Below are positions 47,306 to 57,557 of a stretch of DNA of 64,000 nucleotides, piece by piece. A program made the position numbers and the translations under genes. Position 1 is the stretch's first letter, and every line of letters starts with the position of its first letter. The notes beneath the pieces were generated by a model, which saw nothing but the letters and a program-made list of their open reading frames with translations, made no database searches and was not told the DNA's origin. Source of the stretch: Actinomycetota bacterium (GTDB lineage: Bacteria; Actinomycetota; Actinomycetes; Nanopelagicales; Nanopelagicaceae). The stretch covers positions 27,909 through 91,908 of the forward strand of contig WLPT01000001.1 of assembly GCA_009698675.1 (NCBI GenBank), in the 5' to 3' direction.

Positions 47306-48489
47306 AACGCTTTCTTACTCTTGTTTTAATCTCATCAATACTTACCGTTGCGGTTGGAAATGCAGCACAACCGAAGATTTCGGTCAAACCGCTTAGATTA
47401 GTGACAACATTTAGCAAGTCAGATGGAACCGCGGGATTCATCGCAGGTTCTAAGACAATTATCCTTTTTGGGACAGATTCCGATAGATCATTTGCGCGAG
47501 CGTTAGATTCAAATGGGCAGGAGCTCTGGCGAGTCGAACTGGCTCCAAACTCTTCATCGATAGCAACGGCAGGGGCTGTTGATAGCGGTGGAAATATATG
47601 GATTGCTGGTGCGACATCCCTTGCGCAAGCGAATAATTCAGCCGTGCCATCAACTACTTCGCTAAATCCAGATAACGTAGCTGACGTACCAGAAATAACA
47701 AATACAGATTTGAATGTAATTGCACTATGGAAAATTCCAAACGGAACATCTACCCCAATACTGTATACAGTCCAGCAAGCAACACCTGTTCTAATTACTG
47801 ATATCGCAGTCGACGAAAACGGTCTTTCGCTTGTGGGTATAACTCAATCAACAAAGGGAAGCCAAGGCTTTGTTATCGGAGCAAATCCTGCTGGGGAGTT
47901 CTCTAAATCCATTCTCGTCGGCGCCTCTTCGACCACACTCGATGCAGTTGTTCGCCACAGTGATGGGGGCCTAACTGTTACCGGTGCCAGTTCTGAAACT
48001 TTAGGTGGAAAGAAACTAGTTGGAGTTATTGATGGAGTTATTGTAAAGATTTCTAACAAAGGAACAATCACTCAAGTTGTTCGAAGCTCTGCGGTGAAGG
48101 CACAGCGAAACTGGAACACTGCAACGTCAACCTTTCTGCTTGGTGGAACTGTAGTGACAGGTAAAAAAATAGAGAGTGCAATTACAAAGTTTTCTAGTAC
48201 TTATGTACCGACGTGGAGCTATAAGTTTGCATCTAATGGGCCAGCAAAAACCGCGGGATCAACCTATGTAATTTTCGAATCGATTGCGCCAATTCCCCAG
48301 TTAACTAACTGGGCTCCTAAAAAACCCCAACCACTTCTCTTATCTTTTAACTCAAAAGGGTTGATCACAGCCGCTTTCAATGCTCCCAATGATCAGCGCG
48401 AAGTTATCGAGCTGACTAGTTCAAAAGAGTTAGGGCTTCTTTGCATGACAGCAAACAGCGATTCATATTCAATCTATTCACTTGCTTAA
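47302..48489 (+). CDS. secreted beta-rich (propeller-like) hypothetical protein
   Basis: Signal peptide; AVDSGGNIWIAG-type blades. Confidence 0.7.
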   Translation: MKRFLTLVLISSILTVAVGNAAQPKISVKPLRLVTTFSKSDGTAGFIAGSKTIILFGTDSDRSFARALDSNGQELWRVELAPNSSSIATAGAVDSGGNIWIAGATSLAQANNSAVPSTTSLNPDNVADVPEITNTDLNVIALWKIPNGTSTPILYTVQQATPVLITDIAVDENGLSLVGITQSTKGSQGFVIGANPAGEFSKSILVGASSTTLDAVVRHSDGGLTVTGASSETLGGKKLVGVIDGVIVKISNKGTITQVVRSSAVKAQRNWNTATSTFLLGGTVVTGKKIESAITKFSSTYVPTWSYKFASNGPAKTAGSTYVIFESIAPIPQLTNWAPKKPQPLLLSFNSKGLITAAFNAPNDQREVIELTSSKELGLLCMTANSDSYSIYSLA

Positions 48490-50868
48490 CTAAGGCTTTA
48501 GAAGCGCCAACTTTGCATTAACAGTTGCAAGTAGGTACTTAACTTTATTCAGAGTGATCCATGCACTTTGCGTAGGTTCGGCGCTTTGAGCGCTTCGAAC
48601 AAGGCGAATCGCGCTTTGACCGGCATCTATTTTGGTTGTATCCAAGGCGCACAATCGATCCTGGCAGTTGAAGGCGATAGTTTTCCCATCGATTGCTAGG
48701 TATGGACCAGGAGTACCGAAGTTTTCCGTTGTAATTTTTGAAACTACTCGAGGGTTACTCAACATCGCCCACCGCACCTGGTCTGGCTTTGGAAATGATG
48801 CAGCTGAAGTTGCAAGCCATGCAATAAGAATGTCGCCATTTTCCTTTGCAATTGCGACGTCATAACCAAAAACCGAAGCCTCATCAGTTGAGATATCTAG
48901 AGTTTGGTAGCTCCAAGCCGTTGCATCTATTCCGCTACGTGTTGCAACCCTTACGGCTCCGGCAGTGATTTCATGCCGTTGATTTGAGCTCACAACCGAG
49001 TCATAGATTACGTAACTCTTTTTGCCATCAAATACCGCCTTCAAATGGAAGGCCACGTCCCCTGTTGAACGACCATCGGTTAGGCGATCACCATCAACTA
49101 ATTCATAGACCCAAGGCTCAGATTTAACCTTAACTGCCCCCAGAAGAATTCCCTGACTCTCATCGCGGTAGAAGACTTGCACGACTCCTGATGATGCTAT
49201 GCACGCATTTGAAACACTTACATCACTTGAAGTTCGAACACGATTTGGGTTGTCATAGCTATTGACTGAGGCTGCGTCGCCATCGATAACTTCGAAGGCA
49301 AAACTCTTCCCGTTGTAAGCGGCATAGCGTAAATCTTTTTCGGTAGCATCGCTATAGAAAATATGAAGCGTCTGTTTTGTTCCGCTGCCATTTACACATA
49401 AGGAAACTTGGCTATTGATTGGATTAGATGTACGACCACCACTTCCACCAGAACCGTCAACAGTCGTCTTCTTCCAAACTTTGCCATCAAATGTGGCTAA
49501 TTTTAAATCACCACTTTTGGTATCGGTATAGGCAATTGCAGGTTTTCCGTTAAAGACCGCACTCGCTATGGATTTACCGTCTGCGGTGCTATCTAAAACA
49601 GAACTCTTCCAACCGGCCTGTGGGGTAATAGCTTTAGTTACCGCTGCAGGTGACTGCCCAAGAAGATTTTTCGCTATGACTGAGAATGTATAGGCAATGC
49701 CATTTTTGAGTCCACCGACGACCACCGGGCTTGAAATCGCGGTTTTTTCAACACCGGTCTTCAAATTCTTGATGATGTACTCAGTAATTTGTGAAGTTCG
49801 TAGATTTACCGGTGGATCGAATGAGATCAGCGCCGATGCATCAGCTGTGAAGGCTTGAACATTGCGAGGCACCTCAGGTAGCCCCGTTGCCACACCAGCT
49901 GGAGGTTTAATGCGCATATCTTCTAACATCGCGAGTAACAGGGGACCAGGGTCTTTAAAAATCTCGCCGGGATCTAAATTTGGAGTCATCACTGAATCAA
50001 GACTTGATTTTGAAAACGTCTCCTCATCTAAATGGCTAGTAGAAGAACCGGGCTCATAGTTAGCAGGCGTGTACAGCTTGGGCTTAACCCCATTGTTTGC
50101 GGCAATTCCATTTTCGCCAGACCAGACAAGGCTTGATGTAAGAGCAATGGCTAGTTGGGCAGAAGGCGTTGGAAGATCAGCTAAGCGACTTCCATTAATC
50201 GTTTGCGCATATGCATCAAATGGCGTTGGTTGATCAAGACTAGCTAACCCTAAGTTTGTGTCGTAAGCATCGTTAGACATAAAACCTAATCCATGAGCGA
50301 TCTCATGTAAGAAAACCGATTCAAGGTCGAATTCACTCGAAAGTGGAAGACCATCACCACGCGAATTCCACCCACCATTAGAGTTGACTTGAATAACAAT
50401 CTCTGGGTTCGATCTATCTAGGTCTTTTCCTGCGAGGGCATTTGCAAGTGCGGATGCATACCAAAGTGATTGATCAGGAGCTCCTGCAAAAGATGAGAAG
50501 AAATTTCCGGGACGGGCGCTACCTAGAATGCCCCACGAGCTCGATCGCCCCCATGAGGCATCTACATTAATCGTCACAGTTGATGCAAAATGTGTTGACC
50601 AGACATCGACTGCTGCCTGTACCTCTTTTTTCGCCCACTCAGGGAAGTTGTTATAGGTAACATTAAATTTAGATTTCGCAGTTCCCATTGCAAATTTTGC
50701 GCGAGGAGTCGTTGTCGTAACTGGATTCTTACCGGCGTAAATATGTCCCCATTGCGTGGCCGGGACCTCAAGAAATAGCGCCTGGGCAGTTGGCGCATTC
50801 AATAGAGAGGCAACGAGGGCAGTGGCAATGACTACCACTCGTAAACGTCGAATCTGATTGCCCCGCAT
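48490..50868 (-). CDS. secreted zinc metalloprotease with FN3 and C-terminal propeller-like repeats
   Basis: HEIAHGLGF, GSSTSHLD, GLKNG.AY.F.V.A.N FN3 signature. Confidence 0.8.
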   Translation of the reverse strand: MRGNQIRRLRVVVIATALVASLLNAPTAQALFLEVPATQWGHIYAGKNPVTTTTPRAKFAMGTAKSKFNVTYNNFPEWAKKEVQAAVDVWSTHFASTVTINVDASWGRSSSWGILGSARPGNFFSSFAGAPDQSLWYASALANALAGKDLDRSNPEIVIQVNSNGGWNSRGDGLPLSSEFDLESVFLHEIAHGLGFMSNDAYDTNLGLASLDQPTPFDAYAQTINGSRLADLPTPSAQLAIALTSSLVWSGENGIAANNGVKPKLYTPANYEPGSSTSHLDEETFSKSSLDSVMTPNLDPGEIFKDPGPLLLAMLEDMRIKPPAGVATGLPEVPRNVQAFTADASALISFDPPVNLRTSQITEYIIKNLKTGVEKTAISSPVVVGGLKNGIAYTFSVIAKNLLGQSPAAVTKAITPQAGWKSSVLDSTADGKSIASAVFNGKPAIAYTDTKSGDLKLATFDGKVWKKTTVDGSGGSGGRTSNPINSQVSLCVNGSGTKQTLHIFYSDATEKDLRYAAYNGKSFAFEVIDGDAASVNSYDNPNRVRTSSDVSVSNACIASSGVVQVFYRDESQGILLGAVKVKSEPWVYELVDGDRLTDGRSTGDVAFHLKAVFDGKKSYVIYDSVVSSNQRHEITAGAVRVATRSGIDATAWSYQTLDISTDEASVFGYDVAIAKENGDILIAWLATSAASFPKPDQVRWAMLSNPRVVSKITTENFGTPGPYLAIDGKTIAFNCQDRLCALDTTKIDAGQSAIRLVRSAQSAEPTQSAWITLNKVKYLLATVNAKLALLKP

Positions 50869-50963
50869 AAGCGCAAACACTACCAAGGTGAGATGATTCA
50901 ACCATGGTCGATAGTGCAGATAGCGCGTTCTCTAAGGATATTGACAGGGTTAGCACCTGTAAT

Positions 50964-51206
50964 GTGACTGTATTTACCCGCCATGGTTGTCATTTGTGTG
51001 AAGTCGCGATAGAGCTGTTGGAGTCAATGCAACCAGAGTTAGATTTCACAATTGAGAAGATCTATGTCGATGGAGATGAGAAGTTAGAAAAGCTCTATGG
51101 TGAACAGATACCAGTTATACAAATAAATGGGGAGCATCATGATTTTTGGCGAGTGAATCCAGAAAGGTTTAAAGCTTGCCTTGAAAAACATCGTCAGCGT
51201 CAATAA
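50964..51206 (+). CDS. glutaredoxin-like protein
   Basis: CHLC, YGEQIPV; start could be 50904. Confidence 0.85.
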   Translation: MTVFTRHGCHLCEVAIELLESMQPELDFTIEKIYVDGDEKLEKLYGEQIPVIQINGEHHDFWRVNPERFKACLEKHRQRQ

Positions 51207-52818
51207 TTTTATAAGAGTAACCCTGCTCAGCTAAGAAGCGTTGGCGATTTTGTGCGTAGTCTTGATCAATAGTGTCTCTAGAAATCACTGAGTAAAACTT
51301 TGCACCTCGCCCGTCGGATTTTGGGCGCAGAATTCGGCCCAGACGTTGCGCCTCTTCTTGCCTGCTACCGAAGGCGCCCGATACTTGAATTGCGATAGTT
51401 GCATCGGGTAAGTCAATGGAAAAATTAGCTACCTTTGAAACAACTAAGCAGGTAATTTCGCCAGTCCTGAACTTATTAAAGAGAACTTCGCGCTCCTTTA
51501 TTGGGGTGTCACCCTTGATCAATGGAACACCAAGAGTCTCAGAGAGGTCATCTAATTGATCGATATATTGACCAATTACTAAAATCTGCTCTCCGGCATG
51601 TTTTTCAACGAGAGCTTCAACAACATCTCTCTTGGTGGCAGTCGTTGCACATGCGCGATAACGGTTTTCAGTCTCTGACGTTGCATATAACAAACGTTCG
51701 CTTTCGGTTAAATTAACGCGAACTTCAATGCATTCGGCCGGTGCTATATAGCCTTGCGACTCAATCTCTTTCCAAGGCACGTCGTAGCGCTTAGGGCCAA
51801 TTAGTGAAAAAACCTCACCCTCCATGCCATCTTCTCGCACTAAAGTCGCCGTCAGCCCTAATCTACGGCGCGATTGAATATCGGCAGTAAAACGAAAAAT
51901 TGGCGCTGGCAGTAAGTGAACTTCGTCGTAAATGATCAATCCCCAGTCATGTGTATCAAAGAGATCTAAGTGCGCATAGACGCCATTCTTTTTCTTCGTC
52001 ATAACTTGATATGTAGCAATTGTTACAGGACGGATCTCTTTCTTCGCCCCTGAATACTCACCGATTTCATCTTCATTAAGTGTTGTGCGTTTTAATAACT
52101 CTTCGCGCCATTGTCGGGCTGCGATGGTATTTGTAACAAGAATCAACGTCGTAGCTTTGGCATGGGCCATTGCAGCTGCACCCACAATAGTTTTTCCAGC
52201 CCCACAAGGAAGGACAACAACCCCAGAACCGCCGTGCCAAAAGCCTTCGGCGGCAAGCTCTTGATAAGGACGGATCTTCCAATCTTTTTGAACTAACTCA
52301 ATAGCATGGGCTTGGCCATCAACATAGCCAGCAAAGTCTTCGGCAGGCCAACCTAAGCGAAGGAGTGACTGCTTGATCTGCCCCCGCTGGCTTGGAAGTA
52401 CAGCGATTGTTTCAGCATCGATGCGCGCGCCAAGCAATGGAGCGATTTTGCGGGCACGAATTACCTCTTCTAAAACTGCAGTGTCGGTTGTAACAAGAAT
52501 CAATCCATGAACTGGATCGGCCTCTAAACGCAATCGCCCATAGCGGGACATGGTTTCGGCGACATCAATCAAAATTGAATGAGGAACGGCATACCGTGAA
52601 TACTTAATCAAGGTGTCAATAACCTGTTCGGCATCGTGGCCTGCTGCACGTGCATTCCATAAACCGAGTGGAGTTAAACGGTAAGTATGAATGTGCTCGG
52701 GTGAACGTTCGAGCTCGGCAAATGGAGCTATTGCTCTGCGACATTCAGTTGAAAGTGGGTGATCAATATCCAGAAGTAGCGTCTTATCGCTTTGGACGAT
52801 TAGTGGACCATCAGTCAT
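51169..52818 (-). CDS. XPB/ERCC3-like DNA helicase
   Basis: LIVQSD..LL, LPCGAGKT, DEVH, QRLGRILR. Confidence 0.94.
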   Translation of the reverse strand: MTDGPLIVQSDKTLLLDIDHPLSTECRRAIAPFAELERSPEHIHTYRLTPLGLWNARAAGHDAEQVIDTLIKYSRYAVPHSILIDVAETMSRYGRLRLEADPVHGLILVTTDTAVLEEVIRARKIAPLLGARIDAETIAVLPSQRGQIKQSLLRLGWPAEDFAGYVDGQAHAIELVQKDWKIRPYQELAAEGFWHGGSGVVVLPCGAGKTIVGAAAMAHAKATTLILVTNTIAARQWREELLKRTTLNEDEIGEYSGAKKEIRPVTIATYQVMTKKKNGVYAHLDLFDTHDWGLIIYDEVHLLPAPIFRFTADIQSRRRLGLTATLVREDGMEGEVFSLIGPKRYDVPWKEIESQGYIAPAECIEVRVNLTESERLLYATSETENRYRACATTATKRDVVEALVEKHAGEQILVIGQYIDQLDDLSETLGVPLIKGDTPIKEREVLFNKFRTGEITCLVVSKVANFSIDLPDATIAIQVSGAFGSRQEEAQRLGRILRPKSDGRGAKFYSVISRDTIDQDYAQNRQRFLAEQGYSYKIIDADDVFQGKL

Positions 52819-53872
52819 TAAGTAAGTCCTTAATTAATGCATGTAATAGTGCGCTTCGGCCATCAAGGGTTGTTATATCGACCCACTCGTGCCCAGCGTG
52901 AGCGCCATCGCCAATGGCGCCTAAGCCATCTAGTACTTGAGCGCCTGCAGCTGCAGCAAAGTTTCCATCACTTGCACCACCTACCGACGCATGGCCTAAC
53001 TGTGGCATTCCTAAACTACGTGCAACTTTTTCTGCGCGCTCGTATAAAGCCATTGTAGATGTCGTTTCAAGAGGAGGTCGATTTAATCCCCCGGTTATCT
53101 CATATCGAGTTGCTGAGTTAACGGGCATCAAATTTCGGATTGCTGCATCTATGCGAGTTAGTTCGGCTGTAGAGAAAGAACGAACGTCGATGTCTAAAAC
53201 TGCTAAATCAGGAACTGTGTTCGTAGTATTACCCGAGCGCAGCATGGTGGGAACTACGGTTGTACCAAGCTCAAGGTTTTCAAGAGCAGAGACTGCCAAA
53301 ATTGCGTGAGCAATTTCAACCGTTGCATTAATACCCTTTTCAGGTTCTAGACCTGCATGTGATGCCTTGCCATGTACTGAAATTTGATACATAGCAGTGC
53401 CTTTGCGACCAGTTTTCACTTTTCCGCCAAGTGAGGCCTCTAGAACCAAGACCGCCTTAGCCTTTGCCGAGATCTCTTTAATGAAATCCCTACTTGTTGC
53501 ACTGCCGGTTTCTTCATCACTAGTTGCAACTAACGCTACCGACCCCTCAATTCCATTCATCGCATAGAGCGCTTGTATGAATCCAGCTTTCATATCGAAG
53601 ACCCCAGGACCAGATGCGCAATTATCTTTGATGCTCCAGATAGGTTGGAAAGAGCCTTTAGGCCAAACGGTATCTAAATGCGCAAGCACAACTATTTCTG
53701 GTTGAGCAGCTCCCAACCAAAAAACCGGACGGCCATTTACTTCTCTGATTTGCGCAGATTTTCCAAGAACCTCTTCTGCGATTGCATTGGCACAATCCAT
53801 AACTTCGCGACAGGCAGCTAGATCCTCAGTTGGTGACTCTGAGCGTACGAGTTTTTCTAGCGCTGACAACAT
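52811..53872 (-). CDS. M20 family metallopeptidase (carboxypeptidase G2-like)
   Basis: HLDTVW, DMKAG, DEETGS, HAG.EPEKG, AH..HE. Confidence 0.9.
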   Translation of the reverse strand: MLSALEKLVRSESPTEDLAACREVMDCANAIAEEVLGKSAQIREVNGRPVFWLGAAQPEIVVLAHLDTVWPKGSFQPIWSIKDNCASGPGVFDMKAGFIQALYAMNGIEGSVALVATSDEETGSATSRDFIKEISAKAKAVLVLEASLGGKVKTGRKGTAMYQISVHGKASHAGLEPEKGINATVEIAHAILAVSALENLELGTTVVPTMLRSGNTTNTVPDLAVLDIDVRSFSTAELTRIDAAIRNLMPVNSATRYEITGGLNRPPLETTSTMALYERAEKVARSLGMPQLGHASVGGASDGNFAAAAGAQVLDGLGAIGDGAHAGHEWVDITTLDGRSALLHALIKDLLND

Positions 53873-53881
53873 GGTGTAATC

Positions 53882-56077
53882 CTATAACGGCGCTACGCCG
53901 GTGATACGTGGAATTCGAAAGGATTGAACCTCACCTGTGGCATGGTCTCGCGCAATGAGTGAGCCTGCGCTGACACGAAGTGGATCGATAATTCTATGAG
54001 TCACTGAGCCGTTGTTATCGGCATATCCAATGGAGAGCGATTTCTCTTCCAGGATAAATCTATTTATAAGATCCATTGTTTCATTTGCAGTGCTTCGCGG
54101 TAGGGCGCCGAGCGCCTCATTTGCTACTTGCCGCAAACGTATTTGCTTGTGACTAGATTTTTCACCGGTACGTATGGCGCGAATTGCACCTTCCAATAAC
54201 TCCTGACTTGGAATCTCAATTTCACCAATGATGCGTGGCGGACGTGGTCTAGTAAGTGCTCGGTTCGCACGGGCGCCCATCAACATCACACCATTTGATG
54301 ATTCTGCAGCTGGCAAGTAACCGGACTCTCTTAAAACGCGCATAACATCGGCGGCATCATGATCACACACAACTACTTCAGGTGCGATTCTTCGAAGTGA
54401 TAGGACATCCAATTTCTTATCACCCATTATTTGTGCAATGAGGGCGGTATCTTCACATCGAATGAAAGAAGATATGTTACCTACACGCAATTTTCCATGC
54501 TTCTTAGCAACATCGGCGATTAGATACTCAAGCGGTTGGGGCATTGGCGTTTTAGAGGTTTTAATAAGGAAGGCCTTAATTTCCTCTCCAGTCTTACCGT
54601 GATCTAACGCTCGACGAATGGTTGCTTCACTAAAACGATAGACAGTTGCACCGCCACGACTTTCGATTTCGGCCATAATTGCTAACTGCTGAGAGATTTC
54701 ATGCTCGAGAGGGCCAGGTGCGATCGCGGTGTTATCGCTCTGAATCAGGATGTGATCTACTGTTTTCGGTAAATCATCGTTTATTAATTCAAGATCCTGG
54801 CCACTTAGAAAAATCTCTCCGTATTTAGAAATCGCACCTTGGCCGGTTATTCCTAGCCATTCAGCTTCACGCAAACTCCAAGTTGCCAACTCCTCTTGAA
54901 GGGAGGAGTTGCGTCGAACTGGAGCTCTCCAAGCCAGTAAAGTATTAAAACTCTTTGCATCAGGGGCCAATAATTTATTGTCGCTAAGAATTGAGAGAGT
55001 GAGTGCACGAACTCTTCCAGCATTTACACGGTCGAGCTCAGGCCCTAAAGCCGCAACGTTTTTCGCTTCAGCACGTCCGACTAAACCACTAACACGTGAA
55101 GTAATTAACCATGCTGAGGCAATTACTTGCCAACGAGCCGCCGGCGATTGCATCAACCAAATATCGAATTTATTACTTGGCATAATACGATCATTGGCAT
55201 CGATGCTTATAAGCGAGGTTAGAAACGCCAGTTCGGTAATAAATGCTGCACATGCCTCATCGACACCTAAGTGTGTCGAGATAATCTTTAAATCTCGCAC
55301 TCCTAAACCACCCGCACGCAGCGAATCGGCAGGCTCTTCGGCCCAGAAATTCAACAGCTCTTCAACCCAACGAAGGGCCGTTGAAATATTTGCAATAGCG
55401 GCAAGGTTGACTTGGCGCTCATCGCGTTGTGCACCAGTTAGAAGAGGCGCCGTTACTAATCTTTCCTTATGTATTTTTCCTCCACGCAGATAAATTCCAA
55501 CTTCGCGCGGCAAGATAACGGTCCGCTGATCTAGCGGTACTAAGAATTTGTGCTCCAAAAGCCAAGCAACTCCTGGACCTGGGTTTTTAATATCTCCAAC
55601 ACTTCCGCGCGGTGGCCCCCAAGTTAGGCGCTCCAATACTTTCTTGGAGTCAGCAGGGGCCAGATCTAAATCGCTGAGCTTAAGTTTTGCGATTGACGCC
55701 GGACCAAGACCGGCCGGATCGTTGCCAATGACCTCACGCAGTTGAGTTGGAAGTCTTAGCCCATCATCGGATGGGTAGACAAGGCCGATTGAAATCAAAT
55801 GTGTCAACGCTGCAGCGGCGGCTTTATCGGTAAGAGCGACGAGAGATTTTAATGAGAAAGGTTCGTTGAGCGCGCCGGCCGCTTCTAAAACTTGGAAATG
55901 CCATTGATTGAGTGAATCTATTGCACGCGCAAGGCTTGGCGCAGAACATGCACGCACTGCAAGTGATGCAATATCGGGCGGAACTGGGGTAACAAGATCG
56001 GGGCGCGCGCTAAATAGATTTAAAAAGGCAGCATCATCGATACTACGTAAGTAGTCGGAGAATGAGCGCATTTCCAT
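53882..56077 (-). CDS. XPB-partner helicase-associated protein (Helicase_C_3 + C-terminal WYL-like)
   Basis: RPDL..P.P, IQSD.TAIAPGP, ESRGGATVYRF, RIPRI. Confidence 0.85.
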   Translation of the reverse strand: MEMRSFSDYLRSIDDAAFLNLFSARPDLVTPVPPDIASLAVRACSAPSLARAIDSLNQWHFQVLEAAGALNEPFSLKSLVALTDKAAAAALTHLISIGLVYPSDDGLRLPTQLREVIGNDPAGLGPASIAKLKLSDLDLAPADSKKVLERLTWGPPRGSVGDIKNPGPGVAWLLEHKFLVPLDQRTVILPREVGIYLRGGKIHKERLVTAPLLTGAQRDERQVNLAAIANISTALRWVEELLNFWAEEPADSLRAGGLGVRDLKIISTHLGVDEACAAFITELAFLTSLISIDANDRIMPSNKFDIWLMQSPAARWQVIASAWLITSRVSGLVGRAEAKNVAALGPELDRVNAGRVRALTLSILSDNKLLAPDAKSFNTLLAWRAPVRRNSSLQEELATWSLREAEWLGITGQGAISKYGEIFLSGQDLELINDDLPKTVDHILIQSDNTAIAPGPLEHEISQQLAIMAEIESRGGATVYRFSEATIRRALDHGKTGEEIKAFLIKTSKTPMPQPLEYLIADVAKKHGKLRVGNISSFIRCEDTALIAQIMGDKKLDVLSLRRIAPEVVVCDHDAADVMRVLRESGYLPAAESSNGVMLMGARANRALTRPRPPRIIGEIEIPSQELLEGAIRAIRTGEKSSHKQIRLRQVANEALGALPRSTANETMDLINRFILEEKSLSIGYADNNGSVTHRIIDPLRVSAGSLIARDHATGEVQSFRIPRITGVAPL

Positions 56078-56117
56078 AACTTGCTAACATTACTGGGCTT
56101 TAACCTTTATTGCGTAA

Positions 56118-56885
56118 TCAATTCCGCTTTCGCCGTGGAGTCAGCCATGTTCCTAGGGCCGCAAGGCGCACGACCACTGGCGAGACGGCGCGTCCAATAA
56201 ATCTAGCCCTGCGGAAATCGTGAATTGGCCAACCTTCGGCCATTGCGCGAAGCCCCAAAATTGGGTCAGGATTAATTGCACAGGGATGCCCCACGGATTG
56301 CAAAAGAGGTAAGTCATTATTGCTATCAGAGTAGGCATAGCAATCTTCGAGATTTAATCCGGTTCGCTTAGCTAAATCCTGTACCGCGATCGCTTTCTCT
56401 TTTCCATGCAAGAGGGCGCCAGACATCGCTCCGGTGTAAGCACCATCTTTAATTTCAGCTCTACTGCCTAGCGCTCCTGTAAAGCCTAAGCGGTTTGCAA
56501 TCAATACGGCCATGTCTTCTGGTGCGGCGGTAACTAACCAAACCTCTTCGCCGTTAAGAAGGTGTCTTTGCGCGATATCGATTGTGCCCTGCCAGATTGC
56601 AGGTGAGACAAACTCATCATAAATCTCTTGAGCGATGGCCTCAATATCTTTAACGCTGTGTCCGCCAATAAAATTAGTTGCAGATTCTTGAAATCGAGCG
56701 ATCTCTTCCTTATTCTCTTTTCCAGTTAAGCGAAATCTCAGATTAGCTAGAACGAAGCGCGAAATATCCTTCTTCGAAAAGTAACCTCTTTGATACATCC
56801 CTCGACCCAGAAAATAGAGTGTCGAGCCACGTATCAACGTGTTATCTACATCGAAAAAGGCCGCCCGCTTCGCCGTGAGTGCCAT
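56118..56885 (-). CDS. HAD-IB family hydrolase (SerB1-like)
   Basis: FFDVDNT, AYSDSNNDLP. Confidence 0.92.
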   Translation of the reverse strand: MALTAKRAAFFDVDNTLIRGSTLYFLGRGMYQRGYFSKKDISRFVLANLRFRLTGKENKEEIARFQESATNFIGGHSVKDIEAIAQEIYDEFVSPAIWQGTIDIAQRHLLNGEEVWLVTAAPEDMAVLIANRLGFTGALGSRAEIKDGAYTGAMSGALLHGKEKAIAVQDLAKRTGLNLEDCYAYSDSNNDLPLLQSVGHPCAINPDPILGLRAMAEGWPIHDFRRARFIGRAVSPVVVRLAALGTWLTPRRKRN

Positions 56886-56935
56886 GTCACTACCTTAACG
56901 AACTTAGGCCCTGAGAGACGCTTTATGCTTGGCCA

Positions 56936-57556
56936 ATGAGTTCAACGGTCCATGTAGTGCGTCACGGAGAAGTAGAAAACCCAACCAAAATTCTCTATGG
57001 ACGCCAACCAGGTTGGAAACTTTCAGCACGTGGACAGGAAATGGCAGCAGTGCTGGGTGACTGGTCCAAGAGTGTCAATCTTGGAGCGCTGCATGTCTCT
57101 CCATTACAACGTGCTCAAGAAACTTCTGCACCGATGGCAGCTGCACATAATATTTCTATTACTACCGATGAACGTTTGATTGAGGCGGCCAATGTCTTCG
57201 AAGGTAAAGCATTCGGAGTAGGAGATGGAGTTTTGCGACACCCAGCAGCATGGAAACATTTGTGGAATCCATGGAAGCCATCATGGGGTGAACCGTATGA
57301 AGAGCAGATTACGAGAATGCTTGCCGCAGTCTTTGCCGCACGTGATGCTGCTAATGGGAAAGATGCAATTTGCGTCTCACATCAACTGCCGATCTGGATT
57401 TTGCGAAGCGCCATTGAGAGTCGACGATTGCTTCACGATCCACGCAAACGCGAATGCACATTAGCATCCGTTACAAGTATTCATTTTGATGATGATGGTT
57501 TGATTTCTGGGCTCACCTACTCTGAACCAGCACGGCACCTGTTGCCCAAGAAATAA
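56936..57556 (+). CDS. histidine phosphatase family protein
   Basis: RHGE, SPLQRAQET, VSHQLP. Confidence 0.92.
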   Translation: MSSTVHVVRHGEVENPTKILYGRQPGWKLSARGQEMAAVLGDWSKSVNLGALHVSPLQRAQETSAPMAAAHNISITTDERLIEAANVFEGKAFGVGDGVLRHPAAWKHLWNPWKPSWGEPYEEQITRMLAAVFAARDAANGKDAICVSHQLPIWILRSAIESRRLLHDPRKRECTLASVTSIHFDDDGLISGLTYSEPARHLLPKK

Positions 57557-57557
57557 C

